A program made the translations under genes and the position numbers. A stretch of DNA of 63,238 nt from Pristiophorus japonicus. Its lineage: Eukaryota. The number at the start of each line of letters is the position of its first letter. Position 1 is the first letter of the stretch. The notes beneath the pieces were generated by a model, which was not told the DNA's origin, made no database searches, and was given only the letters and a program-made list of their open reading frames with translations. The stretch covers positions 48,174,763 through 48,238,000 of the forward strand of contig NC_091999.1 in assembly GCF_044704955.1 (NCBI RefSeq), written 5' to 3'. Below are positions 13,155 through 26,946 of the stretch, piece after piece.

Positions 13155-16130
13155 GAACATCGAAGCATAGAAACATAGAAAATAGCTGCAGGAGTAGGCC
13201 ATTCGGACCTTCGAGCCTGCACCACCATTAAATAAGATCATGGCTGAACATTAATGATTTAGACGAGGGGATTAAATGCAGTATCTCCCAATTTGCGGAT
13301 GACACAAAGTTGGGTGGCAGTGTGAGCTGCGAGGAGGATGCTATTAGGCTGCAGAGTGACTTGGATAGGTTAGGTGAGTGGGCAAATGCATGGCAGATGA
13401 AGTATAATGTGGATAAATGTGAGGTTATCCACTTTGGTGGTAAAAACAAAGAGACAGACTATTATCTGAATGGTGACAGATTAGGAAAATGGAAGGTGCA
13501 ACGAGACCTGGGTGTCATGGTACATCAGTCATTGAAGGTTAACATGCAGGTACAGCAGGCGGTTAAGAAAGCAAATGGCATGCTGGCCTTCATAGCGAGG
13601 GGATTTGAATACAGGGGCAGGGAGGTGTTGTTACAGTTGTACAGGGCCTCGGTGAGGCCGCACCTGGAGTATTGTGTACAGTTTTGGTCTCCTAACTTTA
13701 GGAATGACATTCGTGCTATTGAGGGAGTGCAGCGAAGATTCACCAGACTGATTCCCGGGATGGCGGGACTGACCTATCAAGAAAGACTGGATCAACTGGG
13801 CTTGTATTCACTGGAGTTCAAAAGAATGAGAGGGGACCTCATAGAAACGTTTAAAATTCTGACGGGTTTAGACAGGTTAGATGCAGGAAGAATGTTCCCA
13901 ATGTTGGGGAAGTCCAGAACCAGGGGTCACAGTCTGAGTATAAGGGGTAAGCCATTTAGGACCGAGATGAGGAGAAACTTCTTCACCCAGAGAGTGGTGA
14001 ACCTGTGGAATTCTCTACCACAGAAAATAGTTGAGGCCAATTCACTAAATATATTCAAAACGGAATTAAATGAAGTCCTTACTACTCGGGGGATCAAGGG
14101 TTATGGCGAGAAAGCAGGAAGGGGGTACTGAAGTTTCATGTTCAGCCATGAACTCATTGAATGGCGGTGCAGGCTAGAAGGCCTGAATGGCCTGCTCCTG
14201 CACCTATTTTCTATGTTTCTATGTTTCTATGTTCACCTCAATACCCATTTCCTGCCTTCTCTCCATACCCCTTGCTCCCTTTAGCCATAAGGTCCATATT
14301 CAACTCCCACCTGAATATATCTAACGAACTGGCATCAACAACTCTCTGCGGAAAAGAATTCCACAGGAGAGCAACTCTCTGAGTGAAGTAGTTTCTCCTC
14401 ATCTCGGTCCTAAATGGCTTACCCCTCAACCTTAGACTCTGACCTCTAGTTCTGAACTCCCCCAACATCGTGCACATTCTTCCGGCATTTAACCTGTCCA
14501 GACCCGTCAGAATTTTGTATGTTTGTAGGAGATCCCCTCTCATTCTTCTAAACTCCAGCGAACAGACGCCCAGTCGATCCAGTCTCTCCTCAGATGTCAG
14601 TCCTACCATCCCGGGCATCAGTCTGGTGAACCTGCGCTGCACTCCCTCAATAGCAAGAACTTCCTTCCTCAGATTAGGAGACCAAAATTGAACACAATAT
14701 TCCAAGAGAGGCCTCACCAAGGCCCTGTAGAGCTGCAGGAAGACTTCCCTGCTCCTATACTCAAAACCCCTAGCTGTGAACGCCCAAATGTCATTTGCCT
14801 TCTTCACCACTTGCTGCACCTGCATTTCAAGCTTCAATGACTTATGTACCATGACACGCAGGTCTTGTTGCACCTCTCCTTTACATAATCTGCCACCATT
14901 CAGATAATATTCTGGCTTCACGTTTTTGCCACCAAATTGGATAACCACATATTTTTCCACATTATACTGCATCTGTGATGCATTTGCTTACTCACCTAAC
15001 CTGTCCGAGTCATCCTGCAGTCTCTTAGCATCCTCCTCACAGGTCACACCACCACCCAGCTAAGTGTCACCTGCAAGCTTGTAGATATTACTCTCAATTC
15101 CTGCATCTAAATCATTGATGTATATTGTAAATATCTGGGATCCCAGCACTGACCCCTGTGGCACCCCACTAGTCACTGCCTGCAATTCTGAAAAGGACAC
15201 GTTTAACCCGACTCTCTGCTTCCTGTCTGCTAACCATTTCTCTATCCACGTCAATACATTGCCCCCAATACCATGTGCTTTACTTTGCACACCAATCTCT
15301 TGTGTGGTACCTTGTCACAAGCCTTTTGAAAGTCCAAATACATCACATCCACTGGTTCTCCCTTGTCCACTCCACTAGTTGAGTCCTCAAAAATTCTAAA
15401 AGATTCTTCAAGCATGATTTCCCTTTCCTAAATGCATGCAGACTTGGAGCGCTCCTTTCACTGATTTCCAAATGCCGCTAATTCATCTTTAACAATTGAT
15501 TCCAACATTTCCCCCAGTACTTATGTCAGGCTAATTGGTCTATAATTTCCCCTTTTCTCTCTCCCTCCTTTTTTAAACAGTGGTGTTACATTAACTACCC
15601 TCCAGTCCATAGGAACTAATCCAGAGTCGATAGACTGTTGGAAAATTATCATCGACGCAGCCATTATTTCTAGGGTCACTTCCGTAAGTACTCGTGGGAT
15701 GCAGACTATCAGGCCCTGGGAATTTATCGGCCTTCAATCCTGTCAATTTCCCTTACACAATTTCCTGTCCAATAAGAATTTCCTTCAGTTCCTCCTTCTC
15801 GATAGACCATCGAGAAGGAGGAACTAATATTTCTGAAACCTTATTTGTGTCTTCCTCAGTGAAGACAGAACAAAAGTATTTGTTCAATTTGTCTGCCATT
15901 TCTTTGTTTCCCATTATAAATTCACTTGATTCTGATTGAAAGAGGCCTACGTTTGTCTTCACTAATCTTTTCCTCTTTTCATATCTATAGAAGCTTTTGC
16001 AGTCAGTTTTTATGTTCCCAGAAAGCTTCCTCTCATAATCAATATTCCACGGTCCGAAATTGACCCTTCGTCCTCCTCTGCTGAAATTTAAATTTCTCCC
16101 AGTCCTCAGGTTTGCTGCTTTTTCTGGCCA
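13155..16130 (-). mobile_element. CR1 LINE (~2 kb of ORF2), interrupted in its 3'UTR by a younger CR1
   Basis: Tail and 3'UTR 13155-13248 resume at 14233 (tcacctcaatacc); ORFs 14238..14972, 15060..15290 (SGVPQGSVLG..IYINDLD), 15753..15962. Confidence 0.92.
13249..14232 (+). mobile_element. Young 5'-truncated CR1 LINE, nested antisense in an older CR1
   Basis: Uninterrupted frame INDLDEG..FADDTKLGG to GYGEKAGRGY*; (TTTCTATG)n tail; near-identical to 32620-34094. Confidence 0.95.
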
Positions 16131-16987
16131 TGTCCAACAGGCACATTCCTATTTATGCTTTTGTTGATTCCAAAAGTTAGTAGAATCTCCATGAACATAA
16201 CTGGGATTCACCTTTTGTTTGGTCGGCCTGGTCCAAATGTTCCCAGGGTCACATGCTAAACGCGTGCACCCCTGGGATATGTGGACGTTTATGCCTGCGT
16301 ACCTGTAGAGGCCCAGGAGCACCAGTGTTCGAACTTCCGTGACCATCAGTTAGGTTCGTATTTTCTTGTCGTTCAGAGGCATTCGACCATGGGAAAGCTC
16401 TGACCGCAAATTCAGGCCAATAATATTCGATAGAGACAGATCGATAGAAGGAGTAATGGATACAGATAGATGGAGAGATAAACAGATTTAGATAGCAACA
16501 TATAAATAAAGTTAGATAGAGAGATAGATAGATTATGGAGATACATAAATATGTAGATAATGGTAGAAGGATTCTGTGATAGAGATATTAATCGATGCAT
16601 CAACAGCAACATACATAGAAAGATGGAAATTGATGGATGGTTGGATAGATATGCATATGGTTAAACGGTACTTATAGTGATACGCGGTAAGATAAATCAA
16701 CAGAAAACAAATTTATGAGTACGTAACATTGATAGATGAACGTAATCATTCGTTCTTGATGGACACATAAGCTAAGTTTGGAATGATTTCACTTCAGGCA
16801 AGTTCAATCTGCTATAATTTGTAGCCTATTTGCTCAGTCGCAACAACTGGACAAACACTGTTGCTCCTGATGTCCGTGTCTTCAGCACATTCTCTCCGTA
16901 CTTAAAGTGGAAAAGCAGATGGTGAGTTCTTATACTCTAACTCAGACCCTGCTGATGTGAGCGTGTGGGTTACTGTTTCGAGCATGT

Positions 16988-19900
16988 TACACAGTGCAGC
17001 AGCGCGATCGCCATTCAAAGCTCTGAGACCTGAAAATGTACAGCAAGGGATTGAGGAAGGCAATGAATGAAGGGAGGGTCCAGTTGTAAAATTTACTATT
17101 GCCCCTGTAAAAAAACTGGGAATGGATTCGCTGGATCTAGCAAATCCTTAATCTCAAAATACAATCAAAATACAGTTCAAGGATGTGATAAGGGTCAAAG
17201 CAGAAAAGAAGCACCAAAATTACACGAATGTATTTCAGCACTTTCTTCTTCATCAGCTCTATAGATTCCTTCTCAGCTCCCACTTCTATCATTACTTTTG
17301 CGGTTAGAGTATAGCAGATCAACAACATCAGGATCGGAAATAATTTAATTTAAAAAAATTGCATGAAAATTTGCCACGATAATTGCATATATTTGCATGA
17401 AACCTTATCTGCTAATTCTCATTATGAAAAGGCTATCAGGCTCAGGTCCAACACTGCCACCCAAATTGCATAGACTAGAATGAGGTAGCATCAAGGCCTT
17501 CACCAGACATGAGACCTAATGTGGTGGACAAAAAAATATATTGGTCAAGGAGATGGGGTAGCGTTGCTGGTTAAAGAGGAGATTAAAGCAATAGTAAAGA
17601 AGGACATTAGCTTGGATGAAGCGGAATCTGTATGGGTAGAGCTGCGGAACACCAAAGGGCAGAAAACGCTAGTGGAATTTGTGTACGGACCACCAAACAG
17701 TCATAGTGAGGTTGGGGTGGCATCAAACTGGAAATTAGGGATGCGTGCAATAAAGGTACAGCAGTTAGCATGGGTGACTTTAATTTACATATAGATTGGG
17801 CTAACCAAACTGGTAGCAATATGGTGGAGGAGGATTTCCTGGAGTGTATAAGGGATGGTTTTCTAGACCAATATGTCGAGGAACGAACCAGAGAGCTGGC
17901 CATCCTAGATTGTGTAATGAGAGAGGATTAATTAGCAATCTTGTTCTACGAGGCCACTTGGGGAAGAGCGACCTTAATGTGATATAATTCTTCATTAAGA
18001 TGGAGAGTGACACAGTTAATTCAGAGAATAAAGTCCTGAAATTAAAGAATGTTAATTTCGATGGAATGAAACGTGGATTGGCTAGGATAGACTGGCGAAT
18101 GATATTTAAAGGGTTGACAGTGGATAGGCAATTGCAGACTTTTAAAGATCACATGGATGAAATTCAATAATTACACATCCCTGTCTGGCATATAAATAAA
18201 ACGGGGAAATTGGCTCAACCGTAGCTATCAAGTGAAATTAGGGATTGTGTTAAATCCAAGGAAGAGGCATATAAACTAGCCAGAAAAGCAGCAAACCTGA
18301 GCACTGGGAGAAATTTAGAATTCAGCAGAGGAGGACAAAGGATTTAATTAGGAGGGGGCAACTAGAGTATGAGAGGATGCTTGCCGAGAACATGAAAACT
18401 GACTGCAAAGCTTCGATAGATATGTAAAGAGAAAAAAATTAGTTAGGACAAATATAGTTCCCTTGCAGTCAGAATCAGGTGTTAGGGAAATTGATGGGAT
18501 TGACGGCCGATAAAACACCAGGGACTGATATTCTGCATCCCTGAGTATTTAAGGAAGTTGCCCTAGAAATAATGGATGAATTGGTGTTCATTTTCCAACA
18601 TTCTATAGATTCTAGATCAGTTCCTATGGATTGGAGGATAGCTAATGTAACCCCACGTTTTAAAAAAGGTGGGAGAGAGAATACAGGGAATTATAGACCG
18701 GTTAGCCTGACATCGGTAGTGGGAAAAATGTTGAAATCCATCGTTGAAGATGTAATAGCAGCGCATTTGGAAAGCAGTGACAGGATCGGTCCAAGTCAGC
18801 ATGGATTAATGAAAGGGAAATCAGGTTTGCCAAATCGTCTAGAAGTTTTTTAGGATGTAACCAGTAGCGTGGACAAGGGAGAACCAGTGGTTGTGGTGTA
18901 TTTGGACTTTCAAACGGTTTTTGGCCAGGTCCCACATCAGAGATTAGTGTGTAAAAATTAAAGCACATGGTATTGGGGGTAATGTATTGACGTAGATAGA
19001 GAATTGATTGGCAGACAGGAAGCAAAGAGTAGGAATAAACGGTTCCTTTTCAGAATTGCAGACAGTGACGAGTGGGGTACCTCAAGGTTCAGTGCTGGGA
19101 CCTCAGCTAGTTACGATATACATTAATGATTTAGACGAAGGAATTGAAAATAATATTTCCAAGTTTGCAGATGACACTAAGTTGGATGGCAGTGTGAACT
19201 GTGAGGAGGATGGTAACAGGCTGCAGGGTGACTTGGACAGGTTAGGTGAGTGGGCAAATGCATGGCATTTGCAGTATAATATAGATAAATGTGAGGTTAT
19301 CCACTTTGGTGACAAAAACAGGGAAGCAAAATATTATCTGAATGGTGACAAATAAGAAAAATGGAGGTGCAACGACACCTGGGTGTCATGGTACATCAGT
19401 TATTGAAAGTTGGCATGAAGGTTCAGCAAGCGGTGAATGGCATGTTGGCCTTCATAGCGAAAGTTATTGAATATAGGAGCAGTGAGGTCTTAATGAAGTT
19501 GTACAGGGCCTTGGTGAGGCCGCACCTTGACTTTTGTGTAGAGTTTTGGTCTCCTTACCTGAGGAAGGACATTCTTGCTTTTGAGGGAGTGCAGCGACGG
19601 TTCAAAAGACAGATTCGCGGGATGGCAGAACTGATATATGAAGAAAGACTGGATCGACTAGGCATATATTCACTGGAATTTAGAAGAATGAGAGGGGATC
19701 TCATAGAAACATGCTAAATTCTGATGGGATTGGACAGGTTAGATGCAAGAAGTATGGTCCCGATCTTGTGGAAGTCCAGCAACATGAGTCTAAGAATAAG
19801 GGGTAAGCCAATTAGGACCGAGATGAGGAGAAACGTCTTCACTCAGAGAAATGTGAACCTGTGGAATTCTCTACCACAGAAAGTTGTTGAGGCCAGTTGG

Positions 19901-20460
19901 TTAGACATATTCAAAAGGGACTTAGATGAGGCACTTGCAGCTAAAGGGATCAAGGGGTATGGAGAGAAAGCAGGAATGGGGTAATGAAGTTGCATGATCA
20001 GCCATGATCATATTGAATGGTGGTGCAGGCTCGAAGGGCCGAATGACCTACTTTTGCACCTATTTTCTATGTTTCCATGTAATAGCAATGCAGGTCATGA
20101 AAAGTGCGTTGCCATAAAGATTGATTGGACGCAAGAGGGCACTGACATCACGGAATTACTCCATAATCTGCTTCCAAGGATAAATTGTATAAGAGAAAGT
20201 ATAGAGACCAGGATAATCAAGAAGTCGGTGCTCATTAAATCCAGAAGGAGGACATCACTTGCTTGTGAGACCTTCTTCATTCGTACGATGTGCCACAGTG
20301 CACTTGAGGTCCCGGTAATGCCCGATACAAGCACTAATACAAGGAAACAGGGAAGGACGATGGTTTTGTTCTGTGCCACTTCGTCATAGGCGTTGTCCAT
20401 CGAGGGCCCAGTCTGATTGGATGAGTTGATCTCCGACCCTGATCTGTTGACTTGCGTTCC
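16988..20460 (-). pseudogene. Class A GPCR pseudogene (delta branch, P2Y/HCAR/orphan-like), split by a CR1 insertion
   Basis: 20080-20460: N-terminal sequons (NRS, NSS, NQT, NKT), TM1 LVLVSGITGT, TM2 LLLDLMSTDFL, TM3 C..FMTCIA. 16988-17546: DQY..VH, TM4 LVYAIWVAVL, TM5 LICYTL, TM6 KKK..ILVLLFCFDPYHI, TM7 FLNPLLYIF. Multiple stops and frameshifts. Confidence 0.85.
17547..20075 (+). mobile_element. CR1 LINE, EN-RT remnant (~2.5 kb, internal deletion near 18480)
   Basis: GDGVALLVK, ESVWVEL, GDFN, NYRPVSLTSVVGK, SGVPQGSVLGP, SKFADDTKL, tail. Confidence 0.95.
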
Positions 20461-20669
20461 AACTCTCAAAACTAACCATTTGATGTTGTGGCAAATAATA
20501 TAGAGCAACCGATCAAAATTTGGGGTAAATTAAAGATATATTCTCCAAAAACAGTTGATACTGCAATGTAAGGTTATTTGTTGTTGAAGTTATCAGTTGC
20601 TTCTCCACCATGTTAATCCGATCTCACTGGGTTTGACTGGTTGAAGTTACCTCCTTTTTGAGAAATTAA

Positions 20670-21900
20670 CCAGGTGGGTCCATGAGAGCCAAACATATGA
20701 AGTAGTGAATATGGATTTTCGCTAGGCTTTTGATAAGGTCTCACATGGCAAACTGATCACAAAAGTAAAAACTCTTGCGATACAGGGCAAAGTGGCAAGT
20801 TGGACCAAAAATTGGCTCAGAGGCAGGAAGCAATGGGTAACGGTTGATGGGTGTTTTCGTGGCTGGAAGGATCTTTCCAGTGGGGTTCCACAGGGCTCAG
20901 TACTAGATCTCAACGTTTTGTGATATACATCAATGATCTAGACTTGAATATGGGGGTATGATTGAGAAGTTTGCAGATGATACTAAAACTGGCTATATGG
21001 TTGGTAATGAAGAGGGAAGTTGCGTAATGCAGGAAGATATCAATCAACTGGTCAGGGGGGCAGAATAGTGCAAATTTGTATTGAATCCAGAGAACTGTGA
21101 GGTAATGCATTTGAGGATGGCTATCAAGGAACGGAAATACACTTTAAATGGTTGGAAACTGAGAAGTGTAGACGAACAAAGAGACTTTGGATGTCCAAAG
21201 TGCATGTCCACAGATCCCTGAAGGTAATAGACCAGGTAGATAAGCTGGTTAAGAAGGCTTACGGAATGCTTGCCTTTATTTGGCAAAGCAAAGCATACAA
21301 GAAAGGTGGTTTATGTTTGAACTGTATAAAATACTGGTTAGGCCACAGCTGTAGTAGTGAGTGCAGTTCTGGTCACCACATTACAGGAAGGACGTGATTG
21401 CACTCGAGAGGGTATAGAGGCGATTTAGGAGGATATTGGTAGCAGTGGAGAATATTAGCTGTGAGTACAGATTGGATTGGCTAAATTTGTTTTCCTAGGA
21501 ACAGACGAGGCTGAGCGGAGAACTGATTGAGGTGTATTCAATTATGAGGGGCCAAGATAGAATAGGTAGAAAGGGTCTATTTCCCATAGCAGAGGGGTCG
21601 ACATACAGCGGGCATAAATTTAAAGTAATTGGTAGAAGGTTTAGAGGGCAGTTGAGGGGAATTTCTTAATGCAGAGAGCTTCGGAGGTCTGGAACTCACT
21701 GGCTGAAAGTGTGGTATAGGGCGCAACCCTCACCACATTTACAAAGTACTTGAATGTGCAGTTGAAGTATCGTAACCTGCAGGGTTACGGACCAAGGATG
21801 GGAAGTGGGATTTGGCTGGTTTGCCTCTGATTGACCGGCATAGTCACGATGGGAGGAAATGGCCTCCTTCCGTGCTGTAAACTTTTGTGATTCTATGATG
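20670..21900 (+). mobile_element. Older CR1 LINE RT fragment (different subfamily)
   Basis: MDF..AFDKVSH, SGVPQGSVL, INDLD, KFADDTK; TTCTATGAT tail. Confidence 0.85.
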
Positions 21901-22059
21901 TTCCTCTCTGAAATCTTTGGAAACCAGTAGATACAAGAGATCCCTGAGGTTCCAGCATGCATAATTTCACACATCAAGGAGGAAATTGCATCCTGTAAAT
22001 GGACGGATATGATTAAAGTTATTGAAATACTGAAAATAATGTCATCCTATACGTGAGAA

Positions 22060-22777
22060 AGCGAGATATCTGTGCACTGACTAATATCTAAGTCCCTCTC
22101 TCTCCGCATGTTAACTGTATATTTACAGATGTCTCGATGACCCCCACCTCTCTCGCAGGAAAACATATTTACATTGACTGGTGTCTCCCAGTCTCTTTCA
22201 CTCAAGAAATGTTTGTACACTGCTGGTATCTCTCAGTCCCTTCCCAACTCAGGGAGATTTCTATAGACTGGCTGGTGTCCCTCAGTCCCTGCTCGCACAA
22301 GAGATATCTGTGCAGTGCCTGGCGTCTCAGTCTCCTCTCTCTGAGAGAGATAGATATGCACTGGCTCCTGTCTCTCCATCCCTGTCAAGCATGGAGGTAT
22401 CAATATATCGACTGTTGTCCTCATTCCCCTATCCCTCATGGCTATACCTGCATACTCAAGAGATATCTGGACACTGACGGGTTTCTCTCTGTCTGATGTC
22501 CTGAGGAGCTATCTGTACAATGGACGGTTTATCTCTGTCCCTCTCCTTCATGGAGATATCAGAATATTGACTGATGTCCCTCAGTTCCACTCCACAGGGA
22601 GATATCTGTACATTGACTGATTTCTCTCACTCCCTCTCCTTCAGGGGGAGATCTCGACATTGATTGGTATCCATATGACTTCCCTCCTCAGGGACATATC
22701 AGTACATCGACTGGTGTCTCAGTCTGAAACCCTCATGGTAATATCTGCACGGTGACGGGTGCCTCTTAGTCCCTGCT
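22060..22777. repeat. Degenerate ~40-bp minisatellite (GAGATATCTGTACACTGACTGGTGTCTCTCAGTCCCTC-like)
   Basis: Recurrent gagatatctg..actgac cores running into an N gap. Confidence 0.75.
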
Positions 22778-23050
22778 NNNNNNNNNNNNNNNNNNNNNNN
22801 NNNNNNNNNNNNNNNNNNNNNNNNNNNNNNNNNNNNNNNNNNNNNNNNNNNNNNNNNNNNNNNNNNNNNNNNNNNNNNNNNNNNNNNNNNNNNNNNNNNN
22901 NNNNNNNNNNNNNNNNNNNNNNNNNNNNNNNNNNNNNNNNNNNNNNNNNNNNNNNNNNNNNNNNNNNNNNNNNNNNNNNNNNNNNNNNNNNNNNNNNNNN
23001 NNNNNNNNNNNNNNNNNNNNNNNNNNNNNNNNNNNNNNNNNNNNNNNNNN

Positions 23051-23478
23051 CTCTATAAGGAGAGATTGAGTAGACTACTCCTATATCCTCTAGAGTTACG
23101 AAGAATAAAATGTCATATAAAAACTACAACATTCATCCAGGGCTTTACAGGGTAGACGCAGGGAAGATCTGGCAGGAGAGTCTAGAACTAGGCTTTCACT
23201 ATCTCAGGATAAACCAGGACTTAGATGAAAAGAAATGTCTTCACAGAGGGGGGTGATTCTTTGGAATTCTCTGCTCAAGAGGGCAGTGGAGGCATACTCG
23301 TTCAGTATATTCAATGCACATGTCGATAGATTGTCGGATAATAAGTGAATCAAGGGATTCTTGATAGTGCTGGAAAGTGCAGTTGAGGTACAAGATCAGC
23401 CATTACCATACTGAAGGGCGGAGAGGCTCGCAGGGCCAAATGGCCTCTTGCTGCTCCGATTTTTTTTGTTATTATGTA
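23051..23478 (+). mobile_element. Old CR1 3' fragment
   Basis: LYPLE..R..; ESRTR; WNSL...AVEA; 3'UTR aatggcct. Confidence 0.7.
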
Positions 23479-24440
23479 TCCCTGCATTGTGCCTCACTGA
23501 TTTTCATTTGAATATAATTTCTGATGTGACTCGTAATGTACATCCACGGTTTTAAGGACTGTTGAGATAGTGTCCACTTGATCCTGAGACATAGCATCAC
23601 ATCCAGCAACAAGGAAAGGAGATGAAGGTCGGTCTGATTCAGACTGGATGAGCAAGTTGTTTACATTCTTTAATTACAGTGTGCCAAATGTACATTTATC
23701 AAGTGTCAATACACCCTGCTGTTTCCATCTCCTGACCCTCGCCCCTCTCCTGCATTATGTTATTGCAGACTCTGGTCACCAGGCCCACCATGCAGTGCAT
23801 TACATGTCAGTACAAAATGACATTTCCATAACTTGATTTTGAAATTGTAACTTTTCCACACACACAACTCGAACTGCAAACAGCGCTCATTTTCTCTTCA
23901 AGGACATTCCTTTCATTAATATGTTGCTTTCAACATGATATTTACCTATCTACCGAGCTATCTGTGTGCCCTATCAATATCTATCTTTCAGTCTGTCTAT
24001 ATATCTATAGATTCTTCTAGCCCTCTTTGTCTATCTGTCTAACTATCTATCTGTTAGTCAGTCTGTCAGTCTGTCTATCAGTCTGTCTGTCGGTATGTCT
24101 GTCTATCTATCTATGTATGTATCAGTCGATCTATGTAACTATCAATCTACTTGGCTGTCTGTCTATCTTTCTATCTGCCTAGCTGGCAGATTATCCCTCT
24201 CTATTTCNNNNNNNNNNNNNNNNNNNNNNNNNNNNNNNNNNNNNNNNNNNNNNNNNNNNNNNNNNNNNNNNNNNNNNNNNNNNNNNNNNNNNNNNNNNNN
24301 NNNNNNNNNNNNNNNNNNNNNNNNNNNNNNNNNNNNNNNNNNNNNNNNNNNNNNNNNNNNNNNNNNNNNNNNNNNNNNNNNNNNNNNNNNNNNNNNNNNN
24401 NNNNATCTCTTTTTCAATATCTTTATTCGTTTATAATTGT

Positions 24441-24517
24441 AGCGCCCCCTACTGCTTTCTTAATTTTTTAACGCATGGAATAGTATGTTCTTTAATAATT
24501 GTTGCGCCCCCTGCCTC
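24441..24517 (-). promoter_or_regulatory. Two tandem CTCF-like motifs
   Basis: Reverse complements GCAGTAGGGGGCGCT (24441-24455) and GAGGCAGGGGGCGCA (24503-24517) versus CCASYAGRKGGCRS. Confidence 0.4.
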
Positions 24518-24629
24518 CCTCTGACTGATTTGCCGCAAGACAAACGACGCTCTGTATACATTTAGCAACGCCCACTGCCATATGACAGACTTACTGCAAG
24601 AGAACGGACACTCTACAAACAAAGATACG

Positions 24630-26700
24630 AGCATACATGCAATGATGGAAAGGTTAAGACCATCTGGTTCATTGAGCCTGTCCCACGCCGCCCGAAACCA
24701 TGTGATCTCCTGGAAGTAGCAAAAGTCTGATTAAAAACCCAGGCCAATTTGGGGGAAGAAATTTGGCAAATTCTTCTCTGATCCATCTAGATGATCGAAA
24801 CTAGTCCAGGTGATTACTCTGGCCTTGAATTCCCTGCAGTACCTCCCATTCTATAACATGTGATCTCTACCGCAGCCAGAAACAAATCCTGCTTTCACTT
24901 GAGGAATTCAGTGAGTCTGCATTCATTACATGAAACGACAGATTGTACAGTGGTCTACTATCTTCTGGGAAAAGATCCACCTCCTGACATCTAACCTAGA
25001 TCTAGTCCTATACAACTTAAATGTGTGATACCTGGTCCAACCTAACCTATTTAATTGAAATTAACTATCGGTTGGAAAACCTTCTATTTCCTTCATTATT
25101 ATATAAAACTCAATCAGATCCCCCCTAAGTCTACGCTGATCTAAGGAATTGAGTACCAACTCATTCAACCTATATTGGTAATTAAAATGCTTTATACTTG
25201 GAAATAGCCTCGTGACCCTCTTGTTCTCCTTTTCAGAGTGTCAATATCACCTATCATGTGAGGAGGACAAAACTGGACACAGTATTCAAAGCTCGGTCTG
25301 ATTAAGGCCTTGTTCAAGGACATAACAGTATACGTCCTATTATAATCAAAAGTCATTTGGATACACCCCGATGCCTTATTTGCTGTAACTATAACTGCAC
25401 GGCATTGCTCATGTAACTTTAAGGATGTATGTACTAGAATGCGCAATTCCATTTCTATCTGCGCCAACTTTAATACCTTTCCCTGGAGGGTGTAAGAATG
25501 TGAACATTTGCCCTAACTACATGCATAAATATGCACTTATCTAAGTTGTACATAATTTTCCAGCCTTGAGCATAATCTCCCAGCACATTAAGATCTGCCT
25601 GAAGCAGTCGAGCATCTGCTATAATTCAAAATCTCACTCAGATCTTGGTATCATCTGCAAATTTAAAAGTTTTGCGCGCAATCCCAAAATCTAGATCATT
25701 ATTAAAAATAGTAAAACACAATATACCCAACACTGACCCCTGCGGGACACCACGGGTGACCAGTCGACAATCAGATTCAAATCCATCAATTATTACTTTT
25801 TGACTGTTTCCTGCCAGCCAGTTCTGAATCCAACTCAATATATTTCAACGTATACCAGAGGGTCCGATCTTATACAAAAGCCTTTTGTGCGGTATTTTTC
25901 AAAATGTTTTGGGAAATCTGAGTGGACAATGTCTACTGGGCTTCCCTGATCCACAAACTTCGTAACTGTTTCAAAAAATACAATTAGATTTGTGAGATAC
26001 TATCTCTTTTTTATGAAGTCATATTGGTATGCCTAAAATGTCCCTCCCTATCCAAGTATTCTTAAATCCCTTATGTTTGCTTCAAGCATCTTACATATTA
26101 CTGATGTTAAACTGATGGGCCTATAGTTGCCCGAGTCTGTCTTGTCACCTATTTCAAAAATGGGGTCTGCATTAGTCTCCATCCAATCTGTAGGAACCAT
26201 TCAAGAGAGCAGTGAGCTATTATAAATACAGGCCAACAGCTCTCACAGCTCATGTCCTATCTCCCAGACGACCATCAGGTGGATATCATCCAGCGCGGCT
26301 GCTCTATCTATTTTCAAGTTCTTAATTATTTTTACCCTAACGTTTTTATCTTTGGTAATGCTGCTAACAAAACTAGTAGAATTAAATTCTAATATTCGAG
26401 AATCATTTTCAAGGGTGAAGACTGATGCAAAGTACAAATGTAATATTTCCACCATTCTTAGTGATTCCTTTGAAACCTGCCCTTGAACACCCTTCAGTGG
26501 CCCAATACAATCTTTGATAAGTCTCTGATTCACCACGTAAAGAAAAATGCTGATCCCATTACTGCCACAGTTGTCTACAAACCATTAGTCCATTAGTGTT
26601 TGATGATGTGATAGCAGCCATCATTTTCTTTAGCTGTTTCCTGTATTCAACCCTGTTTATTTGAGTATTGCATGTTTTAATTGATAAAACACGTTTCTGT
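24630..26700 (-). mobile_element. Old divergent CR1-clade LINE RT fragment
   Basis: ORFs with GVPQGSVLG..IFNNDLD..KFADDTKI, LIRPSFEYCVQF, YFASVFT. Confidence 0.85.
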
Positions 26701-26946
26701 TTACATCTTATTTGTCTGTCTAGTTGTACCATCCCGATTATTGATTTATCGGATGATGAGGGATGTGCTTTATAATTTTAGCACCCCTTCTGCCGTATGA
26801 CGGTTTGCTGCAGAACAAGGGGTGCTCTGTCCAAAGATAGCACCACCTACTACACTATGACTGCTTTATTGCAGGATGGGAGACAAAAGTTATCATTAGA
26901 TCGCACAACTGCTTTCTCCCATTGAGATAATTTGGGTCTGATTAAG

